Shown: one piece after another, positions 59,001-64,000 of the stretch
How positions within the stretch are numbered: the stretch's first letter is position 1
Layout: each line of letters begins with the position of its first letter
Origin: Eledone cirrhosa
Lineage: Eukaryota
NCBI GenBank assembly: GCA_964016885.1
Contig: OZ024740.1
Location: 114,824,001 to 114,888,000, forward strand
Length of the DNA: 64,000 bases
Direction of reading: 5' to 3'
Translations under genes and position numbers: made by a program
The notes under the pieces: generated by a model
What the model was told of the DNA's origin: nothing
Seen by the model: the letters and a program-made list of their open reading frames with translations, nothing else
Databases searched by the model: none

Positions 59001-59763
59001 TAGACAGGTTCATCTTTCGAATATAAATGGAAATTAGAAATAGCTGACATCATATTCTTTCAGCAGAATTAAGCAGTGTCAAACTGACACTGGGAAGCGG
59101 TGTCGTTGAGCTCAGTGGTGTTTTCGTCATAGAGATTACGGTTTAATGTTTGCTCTATGTTACAGCGTGTCTAATTATAATTATATTACTTAATGAATTG
59201 TTGATCAACGTATAATTAGTAGTGCTGGTTTAGAAAGGTGTTTACAGAACAAGCATATTTATACTATTTATTACGTAAATATAACGTTGCTCAAATGTGT
59301 ATATATACGAGTATATATATATACATGTATATACACATTTGAGCAACATTATATTAACGTAATAAATTTTGTGTGTTTATATATACATGTATAAAAGTCC
59401 AGAATATATGGATCAAATACTCACACGGGCATTTTGGAAAAGATACATATACACACCCGTAAACACACATATACACACGCATATACATACCTGGGCACAT
59501 ATACATATATACGTATATAAATATATATGCACGCAACCATATGCATAAGTGTGTATCTACATATGTAGATATAAGACTAATTAATGAACAGAATTTATAA
59601 CTAGGTAATTACAGGTAAAATGGAGGAGATGGATGTTCAATAGGGTTGGAGGTAACCAAAAATGTTTTGTCTTTTTAAAATCTAAAACGTATATTCAATA
59701 TTGCATAAGGAAAGTTTACAAAAATACCTCCAATTGAAAAACGGTGATACATTTCTGTCCAAA

Positions 59764-59837
<74 letters not shown>

Positions 59838-59859
59838 TGTATGTATGTATGTATGTATA

Positions 59860-60083
59860 GGAACGATCGACTTTTGTCAAATCAGACCGAGGAAACAATG
59901 TTTCCATTGTTCTTTCCAATTGCTAATATTATCTATCGGTCGCAACTCAAGGTAAACATTTCTACCCTGATTTTAATGAAATAAAGTGTCTTGCTCAAGA
60001 ACATAACGCATTGCCTAGTCCGGGAATCGATCTCACAATCTCACGATTGCGAATCCAATTCTCTTATCACTCAGCCACACGCC
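59860..60083 (-). mobile_element. Second tRNA-derived SINE family
   Basis: Minus strand has gtggctgagtgataag (A box), gatcgattccc (B box) and tcttgagcaagacacttt. Confidence 0.65.
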
Positions 60084-60086
60084 TTC

Positions 60087-60124
<38 letters not shown>

Positions 60125-60479
60125 TTGTCTGTGTGTGTGTGTGAGAAAAGTTTGTATATCGGATAATATATATGTTTACGATTATACATTTAAAGTCTTT
60201 AGCTATGAATTCTAAATATGATGACTTGCGTCATTTAACTTGTTGCAGAAGCCAGGCGAAGCATCCGGCGGCGCTGTTTCTAACTGAGTTGTGATTTCAA
60301 GATTACGCACCCAGCCTCGCTTAATACTGAAACTCAAATAAGCTGAAAACATGTAATTGTAATACCTATGTATTACTCATTTGCATTAGGAGCTTTACAC
60401 TGGTTCGACCTGAAAAAGAAATAGAATTAAGATGGTCACTCCAACAGAGATTTCAAATGTTTATTCGTAAACATATCGT

Positions 60480-61080
60480 ATATTATCCGATATACAAACT
60501 TTTCATAATTGCATGTACGGATCTAATTTCAAATCCCAGGGAAATGAACTTTACTTTTCAAACTTCTGGTGTCGATGATATGAAGTAGCAGTAAAGTACT
60601 GGGATCTATTATATTGATTTCCACGTTTCTCAAATGGTTTCCATTGTGCTCAAATTAGAAATCATTATTGGTGACTTGGCAGAATCATTAGAGGGTCTGA
60701 CGCCATGCTTTGCAGCATAGAGTTACGACCCTTTCAATTCTGAGTTCAAATCCCGCCGAGATTAACTTTGCCTTTCATCGTTACGGGGTCGATAAAATAA
60801 AGTACCATTAATACACTGGGATAATTGCTGGCCTTGTGCCGAAAGTAGAAACAATTATTATATACTTATTGGCAGTATCGGTAGAGAGTTGGACACCATG
60901 CTTTGCAGCATAGAGTTACGGCCATTTACGGTCTGAGCTCAAATCCGGCCGAAGTTAACTTTGCCTTTCATCCTTTCAGGGTCGATAAAATAAAGCACCA
61001 GTAACGTACTGGAGTCGATTCAATCGACTTTTCCCTCCCCCAAATTACTGGCCTTGTGCCTATACTAGAAATCATTATTA
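60480..61080 (+). mobile_element. Head-to-tail cluster of three SINE copies (degenerate 60480-60668, then 60670-60860 and 60869-61080)
   Basis: Repeated tggcag..tag..atgctttgcagcatagagttacg..gagYtcaaatcc..tttgcctttcatc..ggccttgtgcc..tagaaa..attatta. Confidence 0.8.
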
Positions 61081-62370
61081 TATACTGATTTATTCGGATC
61101 CGTTTCCTTACTTTATAAGGTGAAATCACATTGTATCAATCCATCCTATATACATCGTTGGTGTATCTATATGTGCTCTAGTTTAAGTGGGGAAAGTCAT
61201 CGACAGAACGAATTACTAAATGTCGTACTGGTGAATACGCCAGGCATGGAGAACAGAATGGAAAATCTATCTCGGTATATTGAATAAAGCGTTCAGTTCG
61301 AAAATCCATGAAGATTACCGAATAGAACGAGCACCAAAGCCGACTGCACCAGTGACCAGCACGCTGAGATTATAACTCTCAATGTAAAGATAGTAGTGAG
61401 AATTGATCAATTTATAACTAATTTGTTGGATAATTAAGAAACAGGTTGCATTTCTTTTTTTGCCCATTTCATTTTCATTTTCAATCAACAGCTTTATATG
61501 TAATAAGATGCTCATTAACCAGGGCATGATCTATTGGTCAATATTAACGCTTGATTAAGTTCCATGAAGTGTATCGTTACCAGATGTGGCTTATGTTGTT
61601 TTGTGTTTTTCCTGTGTCAATGTTTAAACGATATTACAAAAATAGAGCCCACAATCTTCATTAAAATGTTTTAATTCAAAAGCTTAGTTTCATTAATGGC
61701 TTGTACAATTAACATTTAAATTAAGCCAATTAATTTCTAAGAATTCGCATAAATTTCCATTTATTTGAAATAAATAATTTAGGCTTAAAATCACCATTCT
61801 ATATATGATTGATTGATTGCAGATGATTGGCTATCACGTGGAAATAAATTATGATTGCCCGTTAAAGGTGGACATCTACGCTAGATTTATTTTCACTTGG
61901 TTCAGGAGAGAAAGAAAAAGGAAAGACTAAGAAAGATTTGGGGTATGGGAGGAGGTGAAATCTCCATCGATTCGACGATATATATATATATATTGGAATA
62001 AGCCTCCGTCGAATTTCACGAGAACTGCTTCAGTTGTTCGATAAATTATCCTCGTAAAATTAACGTGCAGGTGACTGAGCATTCCACAAACACATATAAC
62101 CCTAACATAATTCTCATGAGGATTTAGCATGAAATGGTGTGTGTCATGGCTGGCTCTTTGAATTACAGATACCGTCTATCCAATGGACATACAAATAGTT
62201 CCGATTTCTTAATAAACTCACAAAACAAGGGCCCGATTCCATAAATAATATTTGCCTAAAATGTTGTGCACTGGGATCTAACATGTATCAAAATTGAAAA
62301 CCTCTTCAATGCGAAGGTTATCGCTCCTCCTGATACAAATAGCAAACAAACCCCCTCATACACATCCTGT

Positions 62371-62392
62371 ATCATCATCATCATCATCATCA

Positions 62393-62423
<31 letters not shown>

Positions 62424-62905
62424 CTTCTTCTTCTTCTTCTTCTTCTTCTTCTTCTTCTTCTTCTTCTTCTTCTTCTTCTTCTTCTTCTTCTTCTTCTTCT
62501 TCTTCTTCTTCTCTCTCTTATTCCTGAGTGAGTCGTGGTGGCAGAGTCCTCAAACACTCCATCCAGCGGGTACTGTCAGAACCAACCTTCTCCAGCAGAT
62601 CCGGCTGGATCACCAAGTGGAACCAGCCAAATCATGGATGTTATCTTGCTCGGGGGTTGACCCGTGGATCTCCTGCCGGTTGGTTATGCCCGTAAACTCT
62701 GTCCAGCGATTCTTTCCTGAGATACTCTAACCACGTGTCCGTAGTATCGGACTGTAATCTATCAATTTGGAGAAGTAGCGGCTCTACCCTGGTGAGACTC
62801 TCTGATCTCCAAGCTACACACCCATCGGAGGAACCTCATCTTGTCCGGTTATATTAGCGATCGGATTATTTTAGTTATTACTCAAAATTCATGTCCATAG
62901 GTACG
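62371..62905 (-). mobile_element. 3' remnant of an RTE-clade (Expander/Rex3-like) LINE with (GAA)n tail
   Basis: Minus strand gives TYGHEF*VIT..RS.I...MRFLRWV near 62820-62903, followed by a long (GAA)n and (GAT)n tail at 62371-62512. Confidence 0.6.
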
Positions 62906-62916
62906 GTATATATATA

Positions 62917-63088
62917 TAGGAAAATGTTCAAGACCCCAACGGCAGAGCTCGAATAACCGTCGAAACGGCTCGAGCTCTGCCGTCGGGGTCTTGAATATTT
63001 TCCTATTACCCACTCTACTACACTAAGTATTGGGTACTCTAGTGCGTTATGGTCCACCTGGTTACTTACCCCGCTTCCTCCGTTATAT
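62917..63088 (+). mobile_element. Short PLE pLTR end with inverted arm (family of 3559 and 8520)
   Basis: 62917-62952 is an inverted copy of about 62968-63005. Carries the HHR 3' half GAAAcggc..gccGTC, the same tail as 3711-3790, and (TA)n flanks. Confidence 0.7.
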
Positions 63089-63712
63089 ATGTATATGTAT
63101 ATATTGGAAAATGTGTGAAATCCTTGCTACAGTTAGGCATATTTAAAAAAAGAAAAAGAATGACCTCACTTGTAGTTCTAAACAATTTAATTTAATTTTA
63201 TCATTTAAATTGTTGAGAATTACAAGTGAAGTCATTCCTTTCCCCTGTTGCAGCGTTATTGTTGATTTTAATATAATAGTACGGTTTAATATGAAATGAT
63301 ATGCTAAATACTAACTACAATTGAAATATATATATATCCTCATCGAGGCTACGTTGTTTTGAATCTCGTGTGTTTATTTAATAGTAACAATAGTTCTAAC
63401 CTATTGAAATTTCATAAACATTCTAATATCGTTAACGTTAATTTGTTTGGCTGAAATTCATGTTGATATTTTTTTTAATAAATATTATTTGGTTAAATTA
63501 AATTAATTGTTTTGTCCAACTGACGTTTCTGAAATACGAAATGAATCTTTAATCGTTTGCCAAAAATGCTCAAAATAATGCTGCTTTACGGTTACTTCCG
63601 GAAACTTGAGCAAGCACAAAAAAAGTCAAACAGTCAATAAAAAAATGTATACAAAACTAAATTCATGCATGCATTTATATATTGAAACATATAAAGAAAT
63701 ACATGTATATTT

Positions 63713-63745
<33 letters not shown>

Positions 63746-63922
63746 CTGTATATATATATATACTGTATATATGCCAACACAAGAGCAAGAATGACAGGTT
63801 CATTCTACTGACATGGCTTTAAAGAGGATGTTTGCATAATTGCAAACGAATCGAATATTGTTATTAATATTCGAAAACCTCAGATTATATTTATTGTATT
63901 CAGCCATGTAGAGCGAAAAACA

Positions 63923-63992
<70 letters not shown>

Positions 63993-64000
63993 TTTACATA

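Noticed and set aside
61315-61400. Possible host micro-exon on the minus strand (VLVTGAVGFG, Rossmann-like, with AG and GT borders)
   Set aside because: It is only about 45 nt, the polypyrimidine tract is weak, and there are no supporting neighbouring exons. It cannot be supported without RNA-seq.

Overview
Eukaryotic (animal) intergenic or intronic DNA that is very AT-rich and saturated with (TA)n/(CA)n/(TATG)n microsatellites. The SINE set suggests an octopod cephalopod, but that is an inference. No host gene can be supported, and most ORF-track entries are translated microsatellite. The window is a nested transposon landscape. (1) Penelope-like retroelements (PLEs) of at least 6 families sit mostly in (TA)n tracts and carry hammerhead ribozyme (HHR) motifs in their terminal repeats (pLTRs). 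The largest is a young 16.9 kb tandem-plus-inverted array of a Naiad-type PLE with one intact RT + GIY-YIG ORF (25462-27903), an HHR with a 116-nt stem II, and a short copy of itself nested inside its own UTR. (2) An ORF-less, retrozyme-like HHR array lies at 40020-45385. (3) A Buster/Charlie hAT transposon has TIRs and an 8-bp TSD 31 kb apart (19830-51031), enclosing the Naiad array, the ORF-less array and a second hAT remnant. (4) There is also an internally deleted Tx1/L1-clade LINE, RTE remnants and tRNA-derived SINEs. All RNA folds and alignments were done by eye and boundaries are approximate.
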